In this document: one piece after another, positions 12,200-22,315 of the stretch
Layout: every line of letters begins with the position of its first letter
Position numbering within the stretch: position 1 is the stretch's first letter
From: Cyanophora paradoxa CCMP329
Taxonomy: Eukaryota; Plantae; Glaucophyta
Length of the DNA stretch: 64,000 nt
Direction of reading: 5' to 3'
Assembly (NCBI GenBank): GCA_004431415.1
Contig: QPMI01000424.1
Location: forward strand, 1 to 64,000
Notes under the pieces: generated by a model
Told to the model about the DNA's origin: nothing
What the model saw: the letters and a program-made list of their open reading frames with translations, nothing else
The model's database searches: none
Position numbers and translations under genes: made by a program

Positions 12200-15100
12200 G
12201 GCCCGTGCGCGTGAATGGATCGGGGCGGCGTTATTCGCCGAAGAAATTCGCGAATGCAGCTCGAAAGTACGGTGCCATGGCGTGGCAATGCACAACCACG
12301 ACCGTCTCTCTTTCCCGATCGCGAGCTGCAGCTGCTTTCTAGCTTTTAAGCTCTTCGCGATCCAAGCTCACGTGACCCGCGGATACGGGGTCTTCGGTTT
12401 GAATTGGGCCCAGGGTGTGGCCGATCGCGATTGCGGAGGCCGGTTACGTATATGTATATGTATACGTACTACGGTAAACGCCAGGCGCATCGAAGGGCTC
12501 GTCGTTTCGCCAAGTTGCGATTAAATCGAGTGCCGCTCTGTCGGGCTCAAACACGTCGAGCGTCGAGCTCGAGGGGATCGAGGCTTGAGTGCACGCACGT
12601 CAGTCAAGTTTTCAGAACACGGCGCCGGCTTTGCATAGCATAGCGCTTGCAATCGGCTGCATGTGCCAGTGTGCCTGCGGCTTGTGGCGTTGGTCATGAC
12701 CCGTGCCAGAGACAGCGCTTCCACGTTTCGCGGCTGCGGGCCAGGCGTTGCGGGCTAAACCTTCAGGGGCGCGCCACTGCCGGGAATAAGATCCTGGGTC
12801 GCCGCCGTCGGGTGCGAAATCGATAACTGTATCGAGTTCGGTCCCACGCTTATTTGTGTGCGCAAATGGCTGAGCTGCGGGGCAGAATTTAAGGTCCGCC
12901 GCGCCACTGCCGGGAATAAGATCCCGGGCCGGCCGCAGGAGCGAAATCGCTCAGTAGCGTATCGAACTCAAGGATCACGTGCACCGAGACGGGTCCCGGG
13001 CCTGTCCGCGCGACACTGTGACGGGGCATGCACAGGCGCCGCGTCTGCGCCACGGCGCGAAACTGCGTGCGCCGAGGCACCGGGCAGAATGCGAGCTTCA
13101 CCGCCACCCGAGCACGAAATTTACGGTCGAGCTTGTAGCCTATACTGTGTAGGCTATAGCTACACCTCGTTTCCATGCCGCGGCGTTGTAGTGTGATCGC
13201 GAGATTGGATCGCAGGATCGCCGTAGCGCGATCGCGAGATTGGGCCGCAGCCACGTACGCGTGCACTTCGAGGCGAATCGCGGCTCGACACGGTCGAGGT
13301 CCGTCGGTCGCTGGGCCTGCGGCCGCGCCGGCGTGCACGCGTGCTTTCGAGTTCAACGATTCGAATTCGAATTCGAATTCGAATTCGAATTTCGGAATCC
13401 TTTGAACGCAGTCGGCCGGCCGCGGGCCTAGGCCGGAGCAGGCTTGAGTTTTGACCCGCGATCGCTCGGTATGAGTAGCGAGTTTCCGAGCCTCGCTGCG
13501 AAAACCACGTGCGTTCAATTTTCGCGCACGTACGCGTGGACCATGATCGGTGTGATGGCATGCGCGTGCCGCAGTGCCACGGCACGTGAACGCCAGCTCA
13601 AGGCGGGTTGGACCCCATGCTGGCTGCTTCATAATCATGATCATGGCATGCGCCGGTCTACCGCCTCGCCACAGTGCGATCGCGTTTCGCGGGCCGCTGG
13701 GCAGGCTGCCAGGGCCATGTCGTGGTGCGAAAATCTAACTTTCGGCACTGCGGCAAGGCTAGCGCCACAGCTGGCGCTAGTGCAGCGAGGCCGGGCGCTG
13801 GGAGCCGCTGAGTTTGCCGCGGCCGGGCGAGCCGGTGCTCAGGGTTCCAATCGGAACGGCAGCACTGCTCTTGCAATGGACGGGCTATAGCTATAGCGCT
13901 GCCAGCGCCGCTCAGCCACCCTCGCCGCAGCGTTGCAGTGCGCCGCGGCGCGCGGCTCGGCGCGGATGCGTATGCCTGTCTCGGTGCTTTCGAATTCGAC
14001 GGGTATCCAAGTGCCATGCGCGGTTCTGCACCTGTCCGACGGTCGTCCCGAATTCGAACCCCGGTCCGGTGGCTTCGAATTCGCCAGTCACCGTCCCGCG
14101 AATTGTGTGGCTACAGCTGACGGGCCGGGGCCGTCGATGCATCGATCGAGGCTTGTCCGACGGTCCGTGCCACAGCTGGCCAGGGTCCGGGCTCGAGGCT
14201 CAGGGCTGCGGCGCAGCCTCGGAGGGGACTGCAGGCACGGGCATCGAAGTCCCGTTGCTCCGCAGTGTCATCATCTGATATTGATGAAGCGGGCCGGGGG
14301 CGAGGCTCGAGCTCGCGCTGCGGCCCGACGTTTTCGCGGTGCTCATGACCAAGGCCCGAACTCACGGCCGCGCTGCGTGCGCCTTCCGGCCCGCGGGGCC
14401 AGATGCTCAATCAGTGAGAGCGGTACTAGTGTCTCGGCGGGCTCAGCGAGCTCGCGGCCGGGGCGGTTTTCGCCGCTTCTAGCCCGTAGCTTCGCCAACC
14501 TAGAGCGCCAGCCTCGAGTTCGGGCACGGCCCGGCGGCGAAGCTGAAGTTGCTGAACTCGAGCTTAGGCTTTGAGAGACAAGCTCAGAGCAGAACTCGCC
14601 GAGTCGGCATCGGCCGTGACCAGATCTAGGGCCTTAAAGCTCGACGGTCTCATCGCGATCGTCTGCCCGGCCGCGGGCCGGCGACGGGTTTTCGCGAGGC
14701 CGAGGCTCGCCGCGAATTCGCTGAGCTCCGGCGACTCGGCGAGACGCCAGCTCAGCGGCTGACAGGCGAGCTATGACCGCCGAGCCGGCGCCCAGGCCCA
14801 GGCCTAGGCCGCCTCGGGGCTCGCGGGGCCCGGCCCGGGGCCGTACGCCCAGGACGCCCATATGCTTCAGGTGAAGGCGTGCGCAATCAGACATCGATTA
14901 TCGCCGAGTCGGCTCGGACTCTCGGCTGCAGGCTCTCGGATATCGATTCGCCATATCGCCGAGCCGATTGTCTTGGATGCACGCAAAAATTGGACGCGGA
15001 TCCGCTACGTATACGCCCTTAACAGCTTGCTGGCGCTGGCCGAGGCCTTCGGGCAGCCTTCGGGCAAGCCTTCAGGCTGGCCGAGGCCTTCGGGCATCCG

Positions 15101-17285
15101 CTACGCCTTTGTCATCGGCAAGCCTTCGGGCAGCCTAGGCCTGGCACCACCGTGGCACGGAGGCGCCAGCTCGAGAGAGCCTCGGGGGCCGCAGTTGCAA
15201 TCGCATTTGAGGCGCCGCGGCGAGCGGTTTCATCTGCTTGCCGCAGTGCGCAGCCTCTCGCATCCGGCGTCCGCTGGGCCACTATAGCTAGCAGCGCCCG
15301 CGGCCAAACACCGATCGGATCCGAGCTCGGAATTTCGAGGCTAGGTGGCGCTCATGATCAGGCCTGCAGCTGGGACTGGGGCCACCAGCTGCAGGCTGGG
15401 CCGCAAGGCCTATGATCATGATCAGCTGGCCCGTACGCGTGGCCAGTGCACGTGGGGCCGCGGATTCACTGGGTCCCGCGGGCCGGCCCGGAGCGCCGGG
15501 CCTCATGATTGAGACCGTGCGCGTGACCGTGGCTAACGAGTGCCGAGGTGCCGCAGTGCTAGGCGTCGGCGGGCTGAATCAGGGCCACGGTTTGAGTTCG
15601 AAACGGCACTCGCGTGGCCGCGTGATCGCGACTTTCGGCGCCCGCCGGCCACGGGTTGGGAGTCTTGGGACCTAGTTTCGCGCTCGGTCGCGAAAATATG
15701 CCGCTAGCGCTGGGCGGCGGGCGCAGGCTTAAGAGGACGGCTGCAGCGGGGTTGCGTTCGAGGAGGCTCAGGGCGCCGGCGCCGGCGGTTACGTCCGGCG
15801 GTCGGCTTGTGCAGCCTCGCGCGTCCGAGTCCGGCGGCCACTCAGCGGCCAGGTCGCCAGCACCGCCGTGGTGCTCGCAGCCAAGCGCGCGCCTATTCGG
15901 CGAGGGTGATGCGCCCGGCGGCCGGGCCTCGAGCTCGCCGATCGATATTGCGAGTCGATCGTGGCCGCGGCTGCGCACGCGATCGCGAGGTTCCGGCGCT
16001 GTACATGCGCCCGGGCTCGCAGGGCATTCGCTAGATCTCCGAGGCTCATGACCAGCCGCTGAGCCCCAGGCCGCGCTACTGGGCCAGGGCCGCGGGTTGC
16101 AGGAGCTCAAGCGGCAGCTTGGGGGGCCGAGGAGGCTTTTCGCTTCGAATTAGCTGCCACGGGCCGGGTGCCACGGCGCGGGGTAGTCAGCGCTAGCTGC
16201 AGTTGCGATCTGAGTCCGTGCCCAGCTGCCGCAGTCACTGAGTGCAGCTGCAGCTGCAGCCGAGTTCGGTTTGCGAATGCAAAGCGATTTGCAGCCCGCG
16301 AAGCGCGTGGCCGCTGGGTTGTGGGGCCCTGGCCAGGAATCGAAGCCGCAGGGGACAGGCTTGGCGCGCGAGGCGCCGCCAGCGGCTGGGCCTTAAGCTT
16401 GTAGGGATCCGTGCTTGGACCCGTGCTTGCTGGGCGTTGCAATTGGATCCGTGCTTGCAACGCCGATCGGCAGCTGCAGCTGTGCACGCAGCGGCAGGCG
16501 ACGCCAGCACGGCGCCGTCGGAGTCATTCGAATTTCGCATGCTTCACCGCAAGAAAACTCGTAGGGGGTCGAAGGCAAGGGGCCTCCGCGGCCGAGCTCG
16601 AGGCTCGTGCGGGGTGAATTTCCCGGTTTCGCGGGCCGGATCATCGGATCCCCGAAGGGCCCTGCTGCGAAAACGGTATACCATGATAGCCCGGCGGATA
16701 AGCAGTACGCTGGCAGCTCGCGCTACGGCGGCACTGCGAAAAGCGATTTGAAGTGCACCGTACGCGTGGCACGCCGAGGGCGAGCCATGGGCCTCGCTAT
16801 AGACCCTGGCGGCGGCTGCTGCCCAGCCGTGGGTACAATTCGACGGCCGTGCGGGCACTGGCGTAATGATCGGCCCGGCGGCACTTGGCGGCATGCACGC
16901 CCAACTTGGCGATCATCGGATCGCGAGCCACGGAGCCCAAGTTCAAGGCTATGAGTGCGAGAGGGGCGTCTTGTGTGCGACCTCTAGATCTAGATCCGAT
17001 GATCTGAGACTCGAGATCCGGGCCGGTCACAGGCTCAGCTGTAACGCGGCTTGCAGCCTCAAGGCTTCATGGCCTATAGCTAGGCTTGGTGGCTGAACCT
17101 GGGCCGCAGCGGCGACTCTCCCAGCGAGCTCGAGCTTGAGCCGGCCGGCTTCCCCGCGGCCGGCGCTGACGCTCGTGGCCAGAAGCTTGAGCGAGCCCGG
17201 GGCTGGTGTTTGAGCCCACGAGAAAGCAGCGGCAGCCTGCAGGCAGGTACCCGGTGATGTCCCGGAGCGAGAACCGGAGCTTCTG
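12200..17285. other. Palindrome-saturated non-coding DNA (continues 42945-43980)
   Basis: Chains of overlapping 6-bp palindromes, e.g. (TTCGAA)n 13360-13392, GCTATAGCTATAGC 13884, TGATCATGATCA 15413, TGCAGCTGCAGCTGCA 16243, TCTAGATCTAGA 16983. Confidence 0.7.
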
Positions 17286-18220
17286 GCTCGCTTGGGGGTA
17301 GACCCCACCAATTGCGCGCAAAAAAAGCCGACCATGTCAATAAGCAGGTCTTACATCTCCCACAATTCTCAGTGCGAAAATCATAAATTCGCACTGAGCC
17401 ACACTATATTTTTCAAACATCTAACCCTTCCTTACTGAAACCAATCACGAAACCCTTTAATTCTCCATTTTTCTAATTCCTTACCATTCTCAGTAAGCCC
17501 TTTAACCCTCCCCCAATCTCTCAGTAAGGACAGTAAGACCCTTATTTTTACGAAATGTTCCCGATCGTTTCCAAACTGTTTTCAGTTACCCAAATTGAAA
17601 AATCCAGGTAGACCCCACCAATTAAACAAGTGATCCCCACTTAAAGACTTCCCGAATGTATAATGTAACAATGGCAAGCAATCAAGTAAATCTACCTGAG
17701 ACTAAGCGGTGCAATGTTTGCGATAAGGTAAAACCGGCATCGAGTTACGCATTGCAAAAGCGTAGCTCAGGGAATATACTTTTGAATTGGAGATGCAAAG
17801 ACTGCGACCGAGAGTATCACAATTACCTTTATCATTGTGTGTTAAAAACGCGTCCGAAAATCGAAGTACAATCGAAGATATGCTCGCACTGCAAGATTGA
17901 GAAGCTTGCAAGTGAGTTTAATAAAAGACAAAGAACGAAGGATGGTCTCAACTATCAATGCCGAGAGTGTTATAGCAAAACTCGTAAGAGTTAAACAGAA
18001 TTTAATTGTATATTTTTTAAAGCAAGTTTGTGCATGAGCAAGCATGCCGAAAATGCCCACCTGCACAAACTTGCGACTTCAATCGAAATGTACTTCAATC
18101 GAAATGTACTTCAATCGAAATGTACGAATCGAAATGTACGATTAGCATATTTACGACAAAGTACGACGATAGACCACGTTAAAATACACTCGCGCCCCGC
18201 CCACTATGCAAGATACATGC
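17286..18220 (+). repeat. Left TIR of PLV-1 (935 bp)
   Basis: Reverse complement of 42010-42944. One mismatch seen (position 8, T vs C). Contains 3x ACTTCAATCGAAATGT at 18076-18123. Confidence 0.95.
17656..17994 (+). CDS. TIR-encoded tandem C2-C2 zinc-finger protein (start may be 17671)
   Basis: CNVC...CKDC and CSHC...DGL..QCREC, resembling the Zn modules attached to viral HNH/EndoVII nucleases. No nuclease domain. Homologue in PLV-2. Confidence 0.8.
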   Translation: MYNVTMASNQVNLPETKRCNVCDKVKPASSYALQKRSSGNILLNWRCKDCDREYHNYLYHCVLKTRPKIEVQSKICSHCKIEKLASEFNKRQRTKDGLNYQCRECYSKTRKS

Positions 18221-18270
18221 GAACAACATGCGAGATACATATATAAATTGTTTTTCTCTTCCTATAATAA

Positions 18271-19080
18271 ATGAAGACTCACTTTTACCATAAATATACC
18301 GGCAACAAGTATAATGAAATGGATACGATCTATCCATATATCGATTTAGAAGGAATTAATAAAGTTATAGAACCGTTTTGTGGTTCAGGTGCTTGTAGTT
18401 TCTATCTTTGGGAAAAGCATAAAGACCGGTTTGATTATTATATGAATGATAACGACGAAACCCATACCCTTTTTTTGAATACAATGAAAGACCCAGACAA
18501 TAAAGTTAAACTCTTAGAGAGTCTTAAACAGTTCGAAGCAGTTAGCAATATAGAAGAGCATAAAGAAGTCTATAAGAAGTTTCTACAACATGATCGTAAA
18601 GATGCAATGGATTACTTAGCTCACCATTTCTATCTTCTTAAAAACAGCGTTTTAAATGTTAAAACCCTCCGTGATTTCAAAAAACGAAACGTGAAGGTGA
18701 GTCCATATACAACTCTTAAAAAGAAGATGCCTTACGATGATTTCATAAAAGGAGTCAACCTATCCCATGGGGATTTTCGCGATATTGTAGCCAAATATAG
18801 AGATGACGAAGCGGCTTTTATATTTCTCGATCCTCCATACGTAAACAGCAATAATGACTTTTACGAAAATGTAGAATTCGATTTAGAAACCTTCTTTTTG
18901 GATTTGGAAGACCTATTTAAGACAGCGAAATGCAAGGTTATGATGGTTGTAAATGATGCTCTTTTAATGAAACTCCTATTTAAACCCTATATTCGCCATA
19001 CGTATGGCAAAGTGTATGGTATAACAAAACGAAAAAGGAACCATATCATAATGACTAACTATGAACTTGGTGAAAAATAA
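18271..19080 (+). CDS. N6-adenine DNA methyltransferase (Dam/D12-like, alpha class)
   Basis: N-terminal YTGNK, SAM-binding EPFCGSG, YMND, and catalytic FLDPPY. Confidence 0.92.
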   Translation: MKTHFYHKYTGNKYNEMDTIYPYIDLEGINKVIEPFCGSGACSFYLWEKHKDRFDYYMNDNDETHTLFLNTMKDPDNKVKLLESLKQFEAVSNIEEHKEVYKKFLQHDRKDAMDYLAHHFYLLKNSVLNVKTLRDFKKRNVKVSPYTTLKKKMPYDDFIKGVNLSHGDFRDIVAKYRDDEAAFIFLDPPYVNSNNDFYENVEFDLETFFLDLEDLFKTAKCKVMMVVNDALLMKLLFKPYIRHTYGKVYGITKRKRNHIIMTNYELGEK

Positions 19081-19389
19081 CGACTCAGTCGTATATATAT
19101 TTCGTATATATGTCCGAACCTCCGTCTGTATGATCCCGCCCAACTTTGATTTTTTTGTGTTTTTTTTGTTTTTTTCGCATATGACGACATATACATATAT
19201 ATACCGGCGTCACCGACATATTCGGGGTCATCAGATCGCGGCGATTCCGAAAACATATAGCATGCGATAGCGTAGTATTTTTACCTGGCAGGTCTGATCG
19301 TAATGTGATAAACTCTATGGCTGATCGTAATGTGATAGGTGAGATCTCGCCTACGCAGCTCCCGCAGGCACCTTCGTTCGCAGGTCGAT

Positions 19390-19659
19390 GCTGTCAGCCG
19401 ACATGATGCGACAGTATCACGCTGTCAGCCGATATTATGGGGATAACATGATGCTGTCAGCCGACATGATGCGACAGTATCACGCTGTCAGCCGATATTA
19501 TGGGGATAACATGATGCTGTCAGCCGACATTATGCAAATAAAATGATGCTGTCAGCCGACATTATGCGACAGTATCACGCTGTCAGCCGACATTATGCGA
19601 CAGTATCACGCTGTCAGCCGACATTATGCGACAGTATCACGCTGTCAACCGACATTACG
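19390..19659 (+). repeat. Tandem array of 9 units with 31/32-bp period (GCTGTCAGCCGA core) in the main non-coding region of PLV-1
   Basis: Units start at 19390, 19421, 19453, 19484, 19516, 19548, 19579, 19610 and 19641. Confidence 0.95.
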
Positions 19660-20142
19660 TAAACTACGCCGAAACTAAGCCTTATAGTAGGTCTGTTATA
19701 CCTTTCAAATTCTCAGTTAGAAGCATAATAGCCGCCGGCTTTGATTTACCATAACACCGCGATCGCGACTCGGCGGCGACCCCCCCTTCCGTTTTCCGGG
19801 CATAACTTTGGACAGGAAGCTGATCTCGGCACGCTCTCAATTGCTATGTGCTCACAACTTGATTCCGGGCATGATGGTGCTACATTGACCAGCTTAGGCA
19901 ACCGTGGCGCGAAGCGCAAGTTCGCCATCGGCACAAGTGCCCGAAAACGGAGGTGTCCGCTACATTCTGAGCGCCGGCGCGCGTTCCCGTGCGGCTCCAC
20001 TAGTCATACTTCGCATCCGTGTGCGTATAGAGTAATTCTACGCTATTACAAAGCGGCGCAGTCGGATTCGCAAAGGTTGCGATTTGGCGGCTACAAAAGC
20101 ACACACAGCTCGTAGCTCACAAAAATATCGACTTAAATAATA

Positions 20143-20535
20143 ATGGATTCCCGATACCGCGGCTACCACGTTATGCTCGACTATATAACCGACCCGTTCA
20201 CCGACTCCCCGGAGGCATGCGCCGAGTGGATCACAGCGAACCTATCGCAATATATCACAGATCGCAAGATGCGCATCGTGCATCAGCACACTTGCATTTT
20301 CGATGGCTCTATTTCCCCTCCTGGTTTCGCGATTGGCTTTCTATTGGATGAGTCGCATGCGACAGCTCACTCTTACAGCGACCAGGGGCTATTAGCGATC
20401 GATATCTTTACATGCGGCTCAAACGCCGAAGCGAAGACAATGGGTATAGCACGGGACATTAACGAACTCATACAAGAAAGGCTGAAAGTTCGAAAGTGGG
20501 ACTTACAGGTCGAGCAAAGGTTCCCAATTTCATAA
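20143..20535 (+). CDS. speD: S-adenosylmethionine decarboxylase proenzyme (prokaryotic class 1b, pyruvoyl-dependent)
   Basis: 130 aa; N-terminal GYH..D, PPGF, autocleavage motif LDE^SH, HSY, and AIDIFTCG. Confidence 0.9.
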   Translation: MDSRYRGYHVMLDYITDPFTDSPEACAEWITANLSQYITDRKMRIVHQHTCIFDGSISPPGFAIGFLLDESHATAHSYSDQGLLAIDIFTCGSNAEAKTMGIARDINELIQERLKVRKWDLQVEQRFPIS

Positions 20536-20560
20536 AAAATGAAAAAAGCGACATATACAT

Positions 20561-20875
20561 TTAATGTTCCTTGATCGGAAACTTGCCCATTAGCGGGTGA
20601 TCGAGACCCATGACATACCAGCATCGCATGACGGGATCCCAGCGGGCTCTCTCAGCCTTCGCTTGATCCTTAAATTCATAAGGAATATCGAGGTAAACCT
20701 TCACGTTTCTTTGATACACTTGCTCATAGCTTAGAGTTTTGAACTGAGAGCATAGGGGGTGATCTTTCTTCGTGACATACCAGCATGAATTCTCACGATC
20801 CCACTTTCCACCGAGGGATTTCGCAACGTCTTTTTTATCATACGGAATGTCAACGAAATGCTTTTCACCCTCCAT
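20561..20875 (-). CDS. Tandem DUF5710-like domain protein
   Basis: Two repeats: FVDIPYDKKDVAKSLGGKWDRENSCWYV and YLDIPYEFKDQAKAERARWDPVMRCWYV. Confidence 0.8.
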   Translation of the reverse strand: MEGEKHFVDIPYDKKDVAKSLGGKWDRENSCWYVTKKDHPLCSQFKTLSYEQVYQRNVKVYLDIPYEFKDQAKAERARWDPVMRCWYVMGLDHPLMGKFPIKEH

Positions 20876-20888
20876 CGCTTTTATATTT

Positions 20889-20908
20889 ACCGGAGAAAAT
20901 AATTTCGG
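20889..20908 (-). promoter_or_regulatory. Putative promoter motif TATTTTCTCCG(G), also at 26658-26677, 27227-27239 and 27788-27798
   Basis: Four copies, each ~8-31 nt upstream of a minus-strand ATG. The first two are identical over 20 bp. Confidence 0.7.
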
Positions 20909-20914
20909 GGTTTG

Positions 20915-22297
20915 TTATGAACGAGATGACCGAAGAATGCGCGTAGTAGGGGCTGTGTAGCTTGCGCTCTGATTCTTGAATGATTTATACCACCGCTGAC
21001 TGTTTACCTCTGAGAGCTTCTCGGTTCCTGCGATCGTTAATTTGGCGAGCTCTCTCAGCGCTCTCTTCGTCTTTTCTGCGCGATCTTCCAGTAGGTCGCC
21101 TTTGGGAACGCTTGCGGCAACATCTATACCTTCCTTTTGAACCTGTCGGATAGAAGCGGCTTCTATTTCGGCTGCTTTGATTGCGTTGCCTGATGGTTCC
21201 ACCACAGCTTCGACCTCTGTAATGATCTGCAATTCGTGCGGCTTAAAAAGCTTCGGCATTACGTTTCCGGATGCATCTTGCACCTCTATTGCGTTTCCTC
21301 TCCTTCCCGCAATTTTGTAGACCTCTCGGCTATACCTTTGAGTCGCCCCTTTATCGAACTTCGATCTCGGCAATAACAGGCGGACGTGGAGACCCGGCGT
21401 AAAGTCGCTGAATATATCCTTGACGATCGTATTCTTTTTCGAAATAATAGCCGCTCGGATCCGATCCATATCAGTAAGCTTAACATCTGCGGGCTTCATT
21501 CCTATTGTTCTGTGAATGGTGTTGTTATAATTGAAAACGAAGTCGTCCAATTTGTCCATGAATCGAACTGTATTATAAGCGACACAGTAATTGTTTATCA
21601 TCGTTTTTAAGGTCAAATGAAAGCGATTCATTATTCCCAGCGAAGTGTGATCTCCGACCTGTTTAAAGCGGTGCTCTATTCCATTATTTTTCACGATCTC
21701 CTGAAACTCCTTCGCGACGAATTCTGAACCGTTATCTGTCTCTAATCGAACCATTGGAGCCGGGAGCTCTGTGAGCATCTCCGCAAAAGCGGCGGCAACA
21801 CTTGCGCCCTCCTTATTCTTTAACTTCTTGGCATATGCTTTTCGGCTCGTCATCTCAATGAGAGTAAGGACTGCAATGTAGCCGGAATTATAGCTGCCAT
21901 ATGAGAGATAAAAGATGAGATCCGCTTGATAGCACCACGGCGGGGCTGTGATGGGAATAAAGGCTGTTTGGGTCGGTGCGGGGGGCTTCTTGTTGATCTG
22001 CATAAATTCTTGTTTCGCTGCGACATCTTGCACTTCTTTCAATGTGAGGCTCTTGTCCTCTTTTCTCAGCTCTTCGTACAATGCCGATGGGTTCTTAAAA
22101 CCTGTCTTTGGGTCATACATGCGGCGCACGATCTTAGAGGACGGGTTAGCAATGCTAAAAGGAACATCTCCTAATAAATTTGATTTTGCTTGGCGTTTTG
22201 TGATTTTTTGGGGGACTTGCTCAGTCTCAGGAACCGCGATAGGTAGTATGGTGGTCTCTGTCTCCTCTCCCGCTACCCTTCTGACGATCCGTGACAT
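20915..22297 (-). CDS. Retroviral-type (rve) integrase of Polinton/PLV type
   Basis: YQADLIF, LETDNGSEF, GIMNRFHLTLK, YNNTIHRTIGMKP and VRL..PRSKFDKG...YSRE. The third catalytic position is Asn. Confidence 0.93.
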   Translation of the reverse strand: MSRIVRRVAGEETETTILPIAVPETEQVPQKITKRQAKSNLLGDVPFSIANPSSKIVRRMYDPKTGFKNPSALYEELRKEDKSLTLKEVQDVAAKQEFMQINKKPPAPTQTAFIPITAPPWCYQADLIFYLSYGSYNSGYIAVLTLIEMTSRKAYAKKLKNKEGASVAAAFAEMLTELPAPMVRLETDNGSEFVAKEFQEIVKNNGIEHRFKQVGDHTSLGIMNRFHLTLKTMINNYCVAYNTVRFMDKLDDFVFNYNNTIHRTIGMKPADVKLTDMDRIRAAIISKKNTIVKDIFSDFTPGLHVRLLLPRSKFDKGATQRYSREVYKIAGRRGNAIEVQDASGNVMPKLFKPHELQIITEVEAVVEPSGNAIKAAEIEAASIRQVQKEGIDVAASVPKGDLLEDRAEKTKRALRELAKLTIAGTEKLSEVNSQRWYKSFKNQSASYTAPTTRILRSSRS

Positions 22298-22315
22298 TCT
22301 TCTAATTAAACCTGT

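Noticed and set aside
10047-17285. gag/pol of the LTR element
   Set aside because: No RT (YxDD), RNase H, protease, integrase or zinc-knuckle motifs found; the ORFs are short, overlapping and low-complexity.
19390-19659. CRISPR-like array
   Set aside because: The intervening sequences are themselves repeated, the period is only 31-32 bp, no cas genes are present and the context is eukaryotic.
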